Source: Azolla caroliniana (lineage: Eukaryota; Plantae; Polypodiophyta). Taken from it: a stretch of DNA of 64,000 nt. The position numbers and the translations under genes are program-made. Within the stretch, counting starts at the first letter, position 1. Every line of letters begins with the position of its first letter. This document shows positions 24,705 to 37,052 of the stretch, piece after piece. The stretch is from the NCBI GenBank assembly GCA_043228905.1, contig JBHGNT010000002.1, positions 20,274,001 through 20,338,000 of the forward strand, written 5' to 3'. The notes below the pieces were generated by a model. The model saw only the letters and a list, made by a program, of their open reading frames with translations, ran no database searches and was not told where the DNA came from.

Positions 24705-27700
24705 CAATTATACAACAATACCTTACAATATTGTTTCCGCCTCGCGGTCTGCCCGCCCCACCACCCAGTAAACCTACGCCTCCGCCACGATCCGCGAAAC
24801 ATAGGAATGGGAAGAGGAACCACAACCTTCCCACCCCATAGCGCAATCATTCCAGCTGGAACAACCAACAAGGCCGGTTGAAGCACCAACAGCAACTGAG
24901 GAAGAAACGGAACAGAATCAAGAAAGTCCTAGGCCAAAACGACGAAGATTAGATCGGAAGGATGGCCATGGACTAGTCAAAGATACAACCGCACCAATCG
25001 AAACTTCCGCCCCTACGGAGCACATAACTACATTGGAGATAATCTGGGAACCACAACCGATCATTACGGCTTAGTCGTAGCGTGGCAAAGGAGTGCTCAT
25101 AACGGAAAGCAAAGTCCTCAAGTATCCAGACATCCCGGATACGGCCCATGAGTTCGGCGCGTTGTTACAGTTTGGGACGACTTACGAACTCATGGAATTT
25201 TTGGCAACACAACAGATCAAGGTGTGCTAGAGAATGGCCGAGGAGCACGCAGAACAACAAATGATTGAGCGTGCGTTGACGAGAACGACGGAAAGCGATG
25301 ATGAGGGACCCCTTGCCAAGATAGGCAAACAACAGAACGTAGGGATTCGCCGCATGGGCATTGAATTACCCCCATTGAATATGGCCCTCGTCGAAGTACA
25401 TAGGGAGTTGGCCACAGTCAGTATGGGAGCCAAAGACATGGCTATCAAAAATAAGAATGTCTGGAAAACAGTCAAGTTGACTCAAACCCAACTACAAAAG
25501 GCCCAAGAGCGCATTGCAGAATTAGAATGCAACGCAACTACGGCGCAACAAAACCCCGGATTGGCATCCAGCAATGACGCATCGACGACTTTACGGGAGG
25601 AGGTTAAAGCACAAACCGCCATCGCCGCAAAAGCAAAAAGAGCTACGCAATTAGCTGAGTCCGAGATTGACCGCCTCCGCGCGGAACTGCGCCAATCATC
25701 AGACAGAGAAAAGAATGTCCGGGCAAAAGGACGAAGGGCAGTGAAAGCAGTGGAGGATAAGATTGAGGCAGAGACATCAATGCATACCCGCACAAAAGAA
25801 GAAAATAGGAAGCTGGGTGAGGAAGCCCAAAAGATAGAAGCCGTTATCACGGGACTCCGAGAGTTATTGGAAAGGAAGACAACGTGGTACGACGAGCAGC
25901 TCATGTGGGAATAGGAACTGAAGCATCAGGTAGAAGTTCGCTTGAACAATGAAATGGGCCGGCTTGAGGAACTACACTTGAAAGAATCCCATATATGGAT
26001 GAAGATGAAGAGCCTCTATGAGGAAACGGCTATGGCCAATAAGCGTAAATTCAAAAACCTCAAGAAAGCCTTGGACAAAGGGCACACCCACTCCCAAACA
26101 ATAACGGACAATGTACGCATCCTTCTTCAAACAAATCACGAGTGGTTTACGACACAATTGAAAGTGGCATTGGACAAAGGATGGACGACGTGGGCAACGC
26201 AAGAAACAGAATTGCACACCTACCGAGCAGACTAGGAGAACCGATCAAAAGAAGGAAGAGGCTTCTACAAGCTCAATGAGGAAAGAATTGCGGCAATACG
26301 CAAAGACCTCGTGCAGGACTATCGCACGCTAGCGGACCAACACTCAGAAGCACTCACACAGCTGTTGGAAGATTTCGGGGAAAGTCACGAAGACATTTTC
26401 CGCGAGCTAATGGAGGTTAGCAACGAACAACAGAGGACAAAGACAATTGCGGTACCAGACAATGATTCCGCCGAACAAGATGAGCTTCAGCCCAATTTGA
26501 ACAACCCTCCGGAGGTGACCACTATGTCTGTCAACGCTACGGAAGAAACGAACAAGGAAGAGCCCCGTTCGACTGCTTGCCCACAGACTGAAGAGCCCAC
26601 GCCAGAACCTTGGAGGAATGATCTGGACATCGAACCAACGGAGCCAACCTTGATCATGCGGAGTACAGATGACAACATGGGAACTCACACACTGGCCGAT
26701 CGTGGTGAAGTGGACGACACGCAATTGCAGGAGCCGGTCGAGAAGAACGACGAAGCACCTACGGACGTCACGTCGTTTCCGAACCAGGCCGTACGGACGG
26801 AGCCGAACATCCTGGACATTTTGAACGATGAGTAGAGGGACGGGTCCGACATGCCATGGCACTGTCCCACATGCGTGCCAAGTGTTGTCCGTCGGTGTTG
26901 TCCGCCAGACCTAACGCTTAGACGAATAGAATATATTATTAGAAGCGTTAAAGAAACGCATGTAATGGTTCACCCTAGGAGCGTAACCGACTAATGGAGG
27001 TCAGCAACGAACAACAGAGTGTTGGGAGACAGGTCCCTCCGGATGGGAAGGGAGAAGAACAGTGCCGATGAACAAACTCGGTCGAGGCCGATAGGGCCGG
27101 TATGAACCGTATGAGGAGGACCCGACTACGGAGAGCCGGATGGTGCAGACCCGGTATGAACCGGATGAGGAGTACCCGGATACGGAGAGCCGGACGGTGC
27201 AGACCCGGTATGAACTGGATGAGGAGTACCCGGCTATGGAGAGCCGGATGGTGCAGACCCGGTATGAACTGGATGAGGAGTACCCGGCTACGGAGAGCCG
27301 GATGGTGCAGACCCGGTGTGAACCGGATGAAGAGACATATTCATAAATATGTTTCTGAGAGTCCATCGAGGCTATATTTGTAAATAGCCGAAAAGTCATA
27401 TTAGTATAAATATGACTTAGGGCAAACTTATACTGATGGTTGTTGTTGTTGTCATTCTTCTTGTTGGTGCAAGAAAAGAGAGAGAGTGCGTAACTGTATA
27501 GAGTGTGAGAGAGAGAAAGAGGTCGTTGCCTCTGTTGTAACCGCCGCTTGTGGCGAAGATCTGTGAGCACGAGGTCGTTGCCTCAATGAACTCACTGCTG
27601 TACATACTAACCTAGTGGTAGTTTGCAGCCTGTGGATTGCCGTGGTTTTTCCTTAGTTTGGGGTTTTCCACGTTAAACATCCTGCAACACCGGGACATTT

Positions 27701-28454
27701 GAAACAGGTAATATGTCGCATTTTGAAAACTGTCCATCAAAAAATGACACAAATTAGGGTGATTCACAAAAAGGGGTGCCGCATGCGTAAAGGAATTTTA
27801 AAAAGGACCCAAAAATATATTGATTTTTAACATGTACGGAAATTTAGGTGTTCAAAAAAATGCCTAAATAATGGACATGCCAAACTTACAAATGAATGTC
27901 CAAAATGACTAACCCCAATATTTATAGAAATTCTGAATCCAAATCTTGATGTGCAATACAATATTTATAGTTAACGTATCAGGACAATCATTTTTCAAGT
28001 TTATGTCATCATCTTCATACCCATTAGATGAACTAGTACGAGTTTATGAGGTCTCATCCTCATCATCAATGGCAACTAATGCATTGTGTTGATCCAATTG
28101 CAATCCAACCTCATCGAGTTTATGAGTCATGCTTCTTGTTTGTCTTTGTGTTGTGTCTGAAGCCACATTCCAGATCCTCTATTAGTATCTTCATTGTGGT
28201 CTGTCACAGATAACTTGTTTTGGTCAAAGATAAGTCATACACTAATATATAAACATTATCCAATGTAAGAGTAGATGTGCTTGATGCATCTTTCCTCCTC
28301 ACTTTTTGGTTATGATATTTCATTATGTACTTTCCATTTACAAGATTAGATTATGTGAGAGAAGCTTTCTACCAAAATCATTAGAATCTAAAAAATGTCT
28401 TAAAGATGTTTTCCATTTTTCTTAGATTCTCATAGTAAGCCTTTGATGTCATAC

Positions 28455-30428
28455 AGAAATCCGATTCATTCCATCTAGATTTGACGCAACATGTCGAATT
28501 TTACTCTATACATCTAGAATTGGATATAATGCATCAGATTCCTGTAAGTCTTGGAATTTTTTAAAAAATTTCCATTAAAAAAATACTCTTGCATTTTAAT
28601 GCATTGCATTGAATTCTAGCTACATAGACTAAAATATGATACATTGCATGGATTTCCCGAAAATATATAAATAAATACAAATTGAAAAAATAAAACATTT
28701 TCCCATAAATAAATAAATAAACATTTTTTATTTTACTCGTAAATAAATAAATAAAAATTGAAAAATTAGATTTCAATGGAAATCCAATTCCGTGCCTTGG
28801 ATTCAATTGAAAATCCAATTTCTCTTATTTTTTTGAAAATTTTCTTATTTTTTGAATTGTTTTTGAATTTGTTTTTATTTTTCCCATAAAAAAATAAATA
28901 AAAATTGAAAAAATGGATTTTCAACGGAAATCCGATGCACTGCATCGGATTTTGGTTGAAAGTCCACTTTTACGTATTTTTTTCCAAATTTGCTTTTTTT
29001 TTTGAATTTTTTTGAATTTTTTTGAATTTTTTCTATAAAAAATAAATAAATATTGAAAAAATAGATTTTCAATAGAAATCCGATGCACTGCATCGGATTT
29101 CCGTAGAAAATCCACTTTTTCTTATTTTTTTCCAAATTTTTATAGTTTTTAGAATTTTTTTGGTATTTTGTTTGTCTATTTTCTCATAAATAACTATATA
29201 GAAATTGAAAAAATGAATTTTCAAAGGAATCAGATTTCTATTGAAAGTCCACTTTTTGCTATTTGTTACCAAATTTTCATATTTTAAAATATTTTTTTGT
29301 ATTTTTTAAATTTTTTTCATTTTTTCCCATAAATAAATAAATAAAAATTGCAAAAAATGGGTTTTCAACAGAAATCCGATGCACTACATCGGATTTCTAT
29401 TGAAAATCCATTTTGTCTTAGTTGTTTCAAATTTTTCAGATATTTTGAATTTGTTTTTGTATTTGTTTTTAATTGTTTTTGTTTTTATCATAAATAAATA
29501 TATAGGAATTGAAAAAAATGGATTTTCAACGGAAATCCGATGCACTGCATCGGATTTCCATTGAAAGTCCACTTTTTCTTGTTTGTTTACAAATTTTCTT
29601 ATTTGTTTATATTTTTCTCTAAAAAAGTGTTAAAAATAAACAAATTGTGATTTTCTCCATTTAAAATGATGTGTTTTCAACGGGAATCCGATGCAGTGCA
29701 CCAGATTCCCGTTGAAAACAGATCATTTTCAATAGGATTTTCAATGGAAATCCGATGCACTGCATCGGATTTCCGTTCAAAATCACTGAGTTTCAACAGA
29801 AATCCGATGCAGTGCATCGGATTTCCGTTGAAAGTCCAATATTTTTCTTATGTTTTTTCATAAAACATTAATTTGCAATTGAAATCCAACTCAATGGTTC
29901 AGATTTTGTTGAAAATGTAATTTTTTTTATTATCTCATTGTTTTATGAAAAACCTAAAAGAAATTTGGATTTTTAATTGAAATTCGATGTAGTGCATTAG
30001 ATTTCAGTTGGAAATCCACTTTTTTAATATATTTTTATTTATTTTTTGAAAAAATGAAAAACAATTGAAAAGAAAGAGGATTGCCAGCTAAAATCTGATG
30101 CAATGCATCAATGTCTAGCTGTATAGACTACGATCTGATGTAGTGTATTGGATTTCAGTTGAAAAGCCGTTTATTATTTTTTTATATGGAAAATAAATAA
30201 ATAAATAACATTGGAAAAAGAAAAGAAAAAAAGGATTTTCGACTCTAATCCAACGCATTGCATTAGATTCTAGCTATATATACTAAAATATAATGTAGTG
30301 CATAGTATTTTAGCTGAAAATCCATTTTTAATTTTTTAATGGAAAAAGTTTTAAAAATTACAAAAAAAAAAAACTTGGATTTTCAACTGAAATCTAGTGC
30401 ATCGCATTGGATTCCAATTAAAAATCCA
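28455..30428. repeat. Array of ~51-bp palindromes in ~150-bp AT-rich monomers
   Basis: GGATTTTCAACGGAAATCCGATGCA(C/G)TGCATCGGATTTCCGTTGAAAATCC-like units centred at ~28793, 28940, 29088, 29384, 29545, 29696, 29760, 29812, 29990 and 30402, plus further degenerate copies. Confidence 0.9.
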
Positions 30429-30553
30429 CGATTTTTTATTTTTTCAAATTTTATTGTTTCAAATCTTTAATGGGTTTTAGATTAGTTTTCTGATACAGGT
30501 ATATAATATAAAACTTACATCAATTTAGATTAACGTTATATTCTATTCTTCAG

Positions 30554-30911
30554 TTTGATGTTACCTGTGCAATTTCATTCTACTGTCATGTACTACTAAA
30601 ACATACGCCTTAAAGATTATCAGGAACTCTGTTGCATTAGAGAAGGACCTTGAGCAAGTTAATGTCATCAAAATGAGGATCCAAGGTATCTGGGGTTGTC
30701 CTGATGAAGACCAAGAAGTTGGGGCAAAGCATATCAATAAAACTTAGATGTTCCAGATGACTTTTAGAAAACTTGTGGAACTATAGATGAAGACGCAGGG
30801 CAACTTGTTGAATTAGAAGACGTTTCAGAGTCTGAACATACTAACAATTCAACTTAGCGTACTGACGAAGCCAATGAGGACAATCTTGATGAAAGAGCTA
30901 ATCCTGAGTAG
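30554..30911 (+). pseudogene. Decayed 3' exon of an unknown gene (probably transposon-encoded)
   Basis: Follows a putative GT..AG intron (~30499-30553). Peptide WGCPDEDQEVGAKHI...GQLVELED matches 56870-56735 on the minus strand. Confidence 0.45.
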
Positions 30912-31751
30912 ACGGCTTTACTAGACTTATTATTCGATTGAATGGTTATGGCTTATTGTAAATTTTGAACAATATGAATTGTTAAATTTTGACGTAATAT
31001 ATAAGTTGAGCTTACTTATAATTTTCGTGTAACAATCATTGAACTTAGAAATTAAGTATACTTCTATGTGTACATGTTATCTAAACTCTCCTTTATCATT
31101 TGGGGTTTATCGGAGATAAGTTTATACTCTATCATTTACTCGTATGATTGGAATGTTATTGTAGACTAGTTTATTTATACATTGACAGTGTCATGTATCA
31201 CGTGTCAATGGAAATTTTCTCTTGACATAGTAGTATCTCTTAATTGCAAGGTTCACAATTTGCTTTAAGATGTATTATATTTAAATATACACACATAATT
31301 AGAAGAAGTCACTTATTCAATGGGGCATGCTTTTTAGAATATGCACAAGGACCCGTGTTACTATTATACTTGTGTTGACAAATACACCCCTGTCTAAGAT
31401 TTGGACAAAAACATGGTAGATAGAATATACGTCGGATGATTTTGTTGACGTGATATTAGTTAGTTCTTTTTTCGCTATGTTTTCATAAACCACATACACA
31501 TGCGTCGTGCCTTGTTGAAATTCTACTTAAATAAGGCATTTTTTAACATCTCACTAAGATATGAAAAAGAGAATGCGACATATTACCTGTTTCAAATGAC
31601 CCGGTGATCTGCGTACTTTTTCTCTTCCATTGTGTCGTTCTTTATTTCCCATTTTCTGTGTATGATCCTAAGCTCGGTTGTGGCCGAGCGTTGCGTATAG
31701 CGGAGCGTTTTAGTTCTTGTCAAGTGGTATTAGAGCGAACGACACAGAAAA

Positions 31752-34700
31752 ATGGACGAATCGTTTGGTGGCATGTTCAAGATCATCGGCTCCAACTATT
31801 CAATGTGGAAGTCGAAGATGAGGGACATGCTCGTGGTTAAAGACCTCTAGCTGCCGGTTCAGTTCGGGGACAAGAGACCAGACAAAATCGACGCCGCGAT
31901 ATGGGAGGTGATGCACATGAAGACAACGGCATACATACGGTGCTTCATCGACATGAGCCTGTACAACAACTTCAATGAACAGAGCAAGGCTCATGAGCTC
32001 TGGGAGAAGATCGGCATAATGTTTCAGAACAAAAATGTTGTTAATCAGGTTTCGGTATTCCGGAAGCTAGTAAGACTCCGGTACCAAGATGGCTCTAGCA
32101 TGGCGGAGCACATGAATGCCTTCCAGGGGCTGATCCACCAGGCAACTTCATTGGAAGTACCTCTCGCCGATGAGGTACTAACGCTACTCCTGCTCGGTTC
32201 CCTCCCGGATAGCTGGGAGACGTTGGTTGTCACTTTGGGCAACGCCAGGCCGGAAGGAAAACGGTTATCCCTAGCAAGAGTGAAGTCGAGCCTGCTAGAT
32301 GAGGAGGCGCGTCGGAAAGATAAGGATACGAGCTCCGACTCCAAAGCGCTCCTTACCGAATCGGAACGCGGAAGATATAGAAACCGTAGTCCCCAGAACC
32401 GGGAGAAGTCGGGGACACGGTCAAAGTCAAGGGGGAGGCCTACTTGCTTCTATTGCGGCAAGCCGGGACACTTCCAAAAGAACTGTCCGCATTTCCGTAA
32501 AGACAAGGAAATCGACGATACCGATTCGAAGCGGACACCGGACCGGAACGACAAAGACCGAAGGGGACCGGACCGGAAGGGAACGACGGCAATCGCGGCA
32601 AGTGAAGAGGAGTTTATGCTCATCACCGAGGAGAGTGAGATAAACCTTGCCGGCGACGAGATGACCTGGGTGGTAGACTCCGGAGCGTCGTTCCACCTTA
32701 CCCCGGACCGGAAATGCTTCTCATCCTACTTAGCCGGTGATCACGACTGTGTCCAGATGGGGAATGAAGGTACATGCTGAATTGTCGGCATAGGAGACGT
32801 GTGGCTGTCGACACCAACCGGATGCAAGCTGTTGCTGAGGGATGTCCGACACGTTCCGGAGGTTCGATTGAACCTGATATCAGCCGGTCGGCTAGATCAT
32901 GAGGGCTACACGGGTAGCATCCGGAACGGTGTCATGAAGTTCAGCAAAGGGAGCTTGATTGTGGCTCGGGCCCGGAAGGTAAACACACTGTACCTGATGA
33001 ATGCCCGGTTATGTCCGGAAGAAGTGAACGTGGCATCCGACACTGCCGGTGAGCTGTGGCACAAGAGACTGTGTCATATGAGCGAGAAGGGGATGAAGAG
33101 GCTTGTAGACGACAACCTCATTCCAGTGAAGAACGTGCACTTAGAAAAGTGCACTGATTATCTGGCCGGTAAGCAGAACCAGACCTCCTTCCGACCAAGG
33201 CCACCGATGAGACGTAATGCACCATTGGAGTTGGTGCATACTGATGTGTGTCAAGTAGACACGAAGTCACATGCCGGAGCGCAATACTTCGTGACGTTCA
33301 TAGATGACCACAGTCGGAAGCTGTGGGCCACACCGCTGAAGACGAAGGATCAGGTGCTATCCGTCTTCAAAGAGCTCCACGCGAGAGTGGAAAGAGAAAC
33401 CGGTCGGAAGCTGAAGGCGGTTCGTGCAGATAACGGAGGAGAATATTGGGGGCAGTTCGAGGAGTACTGCGGCTCGAAGGGAATCTGGCTCGAATTTACT
33501 GTGCCGAAGACGCCGGAACTAAACGGACTGGCCGAGAGGATGAACCGGACCGTAATGGAGAGGGTCCGGAGTATGCTAGCGCATGCAAATCTACCCAAGA
33601 AGTTTTGGGCTGAGGCACTGTCGACGACGACATATGTGAGAAATAGATCACCCTCAGTACCCTTGGACAGAGATACGCCACAAAGAGTCTGGACCGGTAA
33701 GGAAATGTCCTACCGGCATCTGAAGGTATTTGGGTGTCTCGCGTACGTGCATGTAGCTAAGGACCGGAGAGGAAAGTTAGATCCAAAGACCCGGCCATGC
33801 ATATTCCTCGGTTACGGTGACGATGAGTTCGGTTACCGAGTGTGGAACCTGGTCGACAAGAAGGTATTCCGGAGTCGAGATATTATCTTCATGGAGAACA
33901 AGACGCTCGCCGACTGGGAGTCGGAGAAGAAGATAACGAACTCCGAGCCGACCGGTAAGGATCGACTCTACAATGAGCAGACCCAACCGGCAAGAGACCG
34001 GTTAACACTCGAGGGACCAGCCGGTTACGGTGAGGATACCAACAGGCTGAAGAAGAAGTAGAGGAGGCTGAAACCGGAACCGGCCAAGACCCCGAATCGG
34101 ATTCGGATGAAGAGCAGATGGATGAGCCGGTCACCGAAGCCTAGAGACGGAGATTTCCGGATGCAGAGCATGTTCTGCTGACCGATGAGGGGGAGCCGGA
34201 AAGCTTCAAAGAAGCGAAGGATGACACCCATAGCCGCAAATGGTTAAGTGCCATGCAGGATGAGATGGATTCCCTGCATGAGAACCATACATACGAATTG
34301 GTGGAGTTGCCGAAAGGAAAGCGGGCACTCCGAAACAAGTGGGTATACAAGTTGAAACCGAGAGATGCCGGCAACCCCCCGAGATACAAAGCCAGGATCG
34401 TGGTGAAGGGGTTCCAACAGAAGAAGGGCGTGGAATTTGATGAGATATTTGCCCCGGTAGTAAAGATGACCTCCATCCGGACGGTGCTGAGTATAGCGGC
34501 AAGCATGGACCTCGAGGTAGAACAGCTGGACGTGAAGACGACATTCCTTCACACCTCGAAGAGGAGATCTACATGCAGCAACCGGAAGGATTCGTGGAGA
34601 AAGGGAAGGAGCACCTGGTATGCCGGTTGAAGAAGAGCCAGTACGGACTGAAGCAGGCTCCCCGACAATGGTACCGGAAGTTCGACTCCTTCATGACCGA

Positions 34701-35760
34701 TCAAGGGTACCACAAGACGCAGGCCGATCACTGCGTGTTTGTGAAGAAGTTCGAAGGAGGCGACTTCATGATACTCCTTCTGTACGTGGATGACATGTTG
34801 ATCGTCGGACGGGACCAAGTCAAAATACGGATGCTGAAGAAGGCTCTCAACCGGACCTTCTCAATGAAAGACTTGGGTCCGGCAAGACAGATGTTAGGGA
34901 TGCACATCATTCGGGACCGGTCAGCGAAGCAATTATGGCTGTCACAGGAGAAGTACGTGACAAAGGTGCTTCACCGGTTCAACATGTCAGAGGCGAAACC
35001 AGTCGGATCGACACTTCCGGCAAACTGCAGGCTATCCTGTAAGCAAAGCCCGAAGATGAAAGCAGAGAAGGCGGATATGATGAAGATTCCATATGCCTCT
35101 GCCGTCGGGAGCTTGATGTACACAATGGTGTGTACCCGACCGGATATAGGATACGCAGTCGGAGTGATGAGCCGGTTCATGAGCAATCCCGGCAAGAAGC
35201 ACTGGAACGCGGTCAAATGGATACTCCAGTATTTGAAGGGCACTTCAAATATGTGTCTCCGATTCGGCTCCGGAAAACCTCAACTGGACGGTTTCACCGA
35301 TTCGGACATGTCGGCTGATGTGGATACCAGCCGGTCTACATCCGGGTATGTAATGACATATCCAGGGGGAGCTGTTTCGTGGTAGTCGAGGCTACAGAAG
35401 ACAGTTGCATTGTCAACCACGGAGGCGGAGTACATGGCAGCTGTGGAAGTCGGCAAGGAAATATTATGGATGAAGGACTTCATCGGAGAGCTTGGTATCC
35501 GGCAAGGGGAATACCGACTCTATTGTGACAGTCAAAGTGCCATCCACCTTGCTAAGAATGCGGCCTACCATTCCCGGACGAAGCATATCCAACGGAGGTA
35601 TCACTGGATCCGGGAAAGAGTAGATGACCAGGAGTTCGCACTGACGAAGATCCACACGGCCGAGAACGGGTCAGATATGCTGACCAAAGTGCTGATACCC
35701 GACAAGCTGGATGAATGTCGGAAGAGAATCGGACTGGTAAGACACCCCATGCCGGAGTGA
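31752..35760 (+). pseudogene. pol: C2 gag-pol, disrupted
   Basis: CCHC, WVVDSGASFH protease, IN (HTDVC, RADNGGE, NGLAER), RT (LYVDDML), RH. Stops at ~31848, 32778 and 35383, plus frameshifts. Confidence 0.93.
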
Positions 35761-37052
35761 AGGGGGAGTTTGTTGGGAGACAGGTCCCTCCGAATGGGAA
35801 GGGAGAAGAACAGTGCCGATGAACAAACTCAGCCGAGGCCGAAACCGTATGAGGAGGATTCGGCTATGGAGAGCCGGATGGTGCAGACCCGGTATGAACC
35901 GGATGAGGACTACCCGGATACGGCTAGCCGGATGGTGCAGGCCCGGTATGAACCGGATGAGGAGTACCCGGCTACGGAGAGCCGGATGGTGCAGACCCGA
36001 TATGAACCGGATGAGGAGTACCTGGCTACGGAGAGCCGGATGGTGCAGACCCGGTATGAACCGGATGAGGAGTACCCAGATACAGAGAGCCGGATGGTGC
36101 AGACCCGGTATGAACCAGATGAGGAGTACCCGGCTATGGAGAGCCGAATGGTGCAAACCTGGTATGAACCAGATGAAGAGACATATTCGTAAATATGTTT
36201 CTGAGAGTCCATCGAGGATATATTTGTAAATAACCGAAAAGTCATATTAGTATAAATATGACTTAGGGCAAACTTATACTGATGGTTGTTGTTGTTGTCA
36301 TTCTTCTTGTTGGTGAAAGAAAAGAGAGAGAGTGCGTAACTGCATAGAGTGTGAGAGAGAGAAAGAGGTCGTTGCCTCTATTGTAACTACCGCCTGCGGT
36401 GAAGATCTGTGAGCACGAGGTCGTTGCCTCAGCGAACTCACTGATGTACATACTAACCTAGTGATAGTTTGTAGACTGTGGGCTGTCGTGGTTTTTCCTT
36501 AGTTTGGGGTTTTCCACGTTAAACATCCTGTGTACTTTTTCTCTTCCATTGTGTTGTTCTTTATTTCCCATTTTCTGTGTATGATCCTAAGCTCGGTTGT
36601 GGCCGAGCGTTGTGTATAGCAGAGCGTTTTAGTTCCCGTCACAGAGGACAGAGACAATTGCGGTACCAGACAATGATTCCGCCGAACAAGATGAGCCTTA
36701 GCCCAATTCGAACAACCCTCTGGAGGTGACGACTATGTCTATCAACGCTATGGAAGAAACGGACAAGGAAGAGCCTTGTCTGACCGCTTGCCCACAGACT
36801 GAAGAGCCCACGCCAGAACCTTGGAGGAATGATCCGGACATCGAACCAACGGAGCCAGCCCTGGTCACGCGGAGTACAGATGACAACATGGGAACTCACA
36901 CACTGGCCGAACGTGGTGAAGTGGACGACACACAATTGCAGGAGCCGGTCGAGAAGAATGACGAAGCACCTACGAACGTCACGTCGTTTCCGAACCAGGC
37001 CATACGGACGGAGCCGAACATCCTGGACATTTTGAACGATGAGTAGAGGGAC

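Larger units (their letters stand above)
23434..26835 (+). pseudogene. G3 extra 3' ORF (Athila-type eORF; conserved N-terminal domain plus coiled coil), disrupted
   Basis: MPVPISAALRRWL... is homologous to G4 MPLEVSKELCTWM.... The frame rejoins across the solo LTR (RPI|IQQYL). Heptad-rich stretch at 25234-26400. Confidence 0.7.
27686..31608. mobile_element. Non-autonomous TIR DNA transposon (3.9 kb), superfamily unresolved
   Basis: ~37-bp TIRs (AA)CACCGGG(A/T)CATTTGAAACAGGTAATATGTCGCATT. 4-bp TSD CTGC (27682-27685 / 31609-31612). The empty site is visible in the C2 3' LTR (AACATCCTGTGTAC, ~36522). Confidence 0.9.
27020..36641 (+). mobile_element. Full-length Ty1/copia element C2 (same family as C1)
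   Basis: 5' LTR 27020-31722 (interrupted by a DNA transposon), 3' LTR 35771-36641. Perfect TSD CAGAG. PBS TGGTATTAGAGC at 31725-31736; PPT at 35755-35770. Confidence 0.95.

Noticed and set aside
26836-26890. PPT-less plus-strand priming via a hairpin in G3
   Set aside because: G4 shows the hairpin lies inside U3, downstream of a TGTAA LTR start; G3 is better explained by a deletion.
28455-30428. CRISPR-like array (palindromic repeats with spacers)
   Set aside because: The linkers are ~100-bp homologous A/T tracts rather than unique spacers, the repeats decay and switch orientation, there are no cas genes, and the context is eukaryotic TE.
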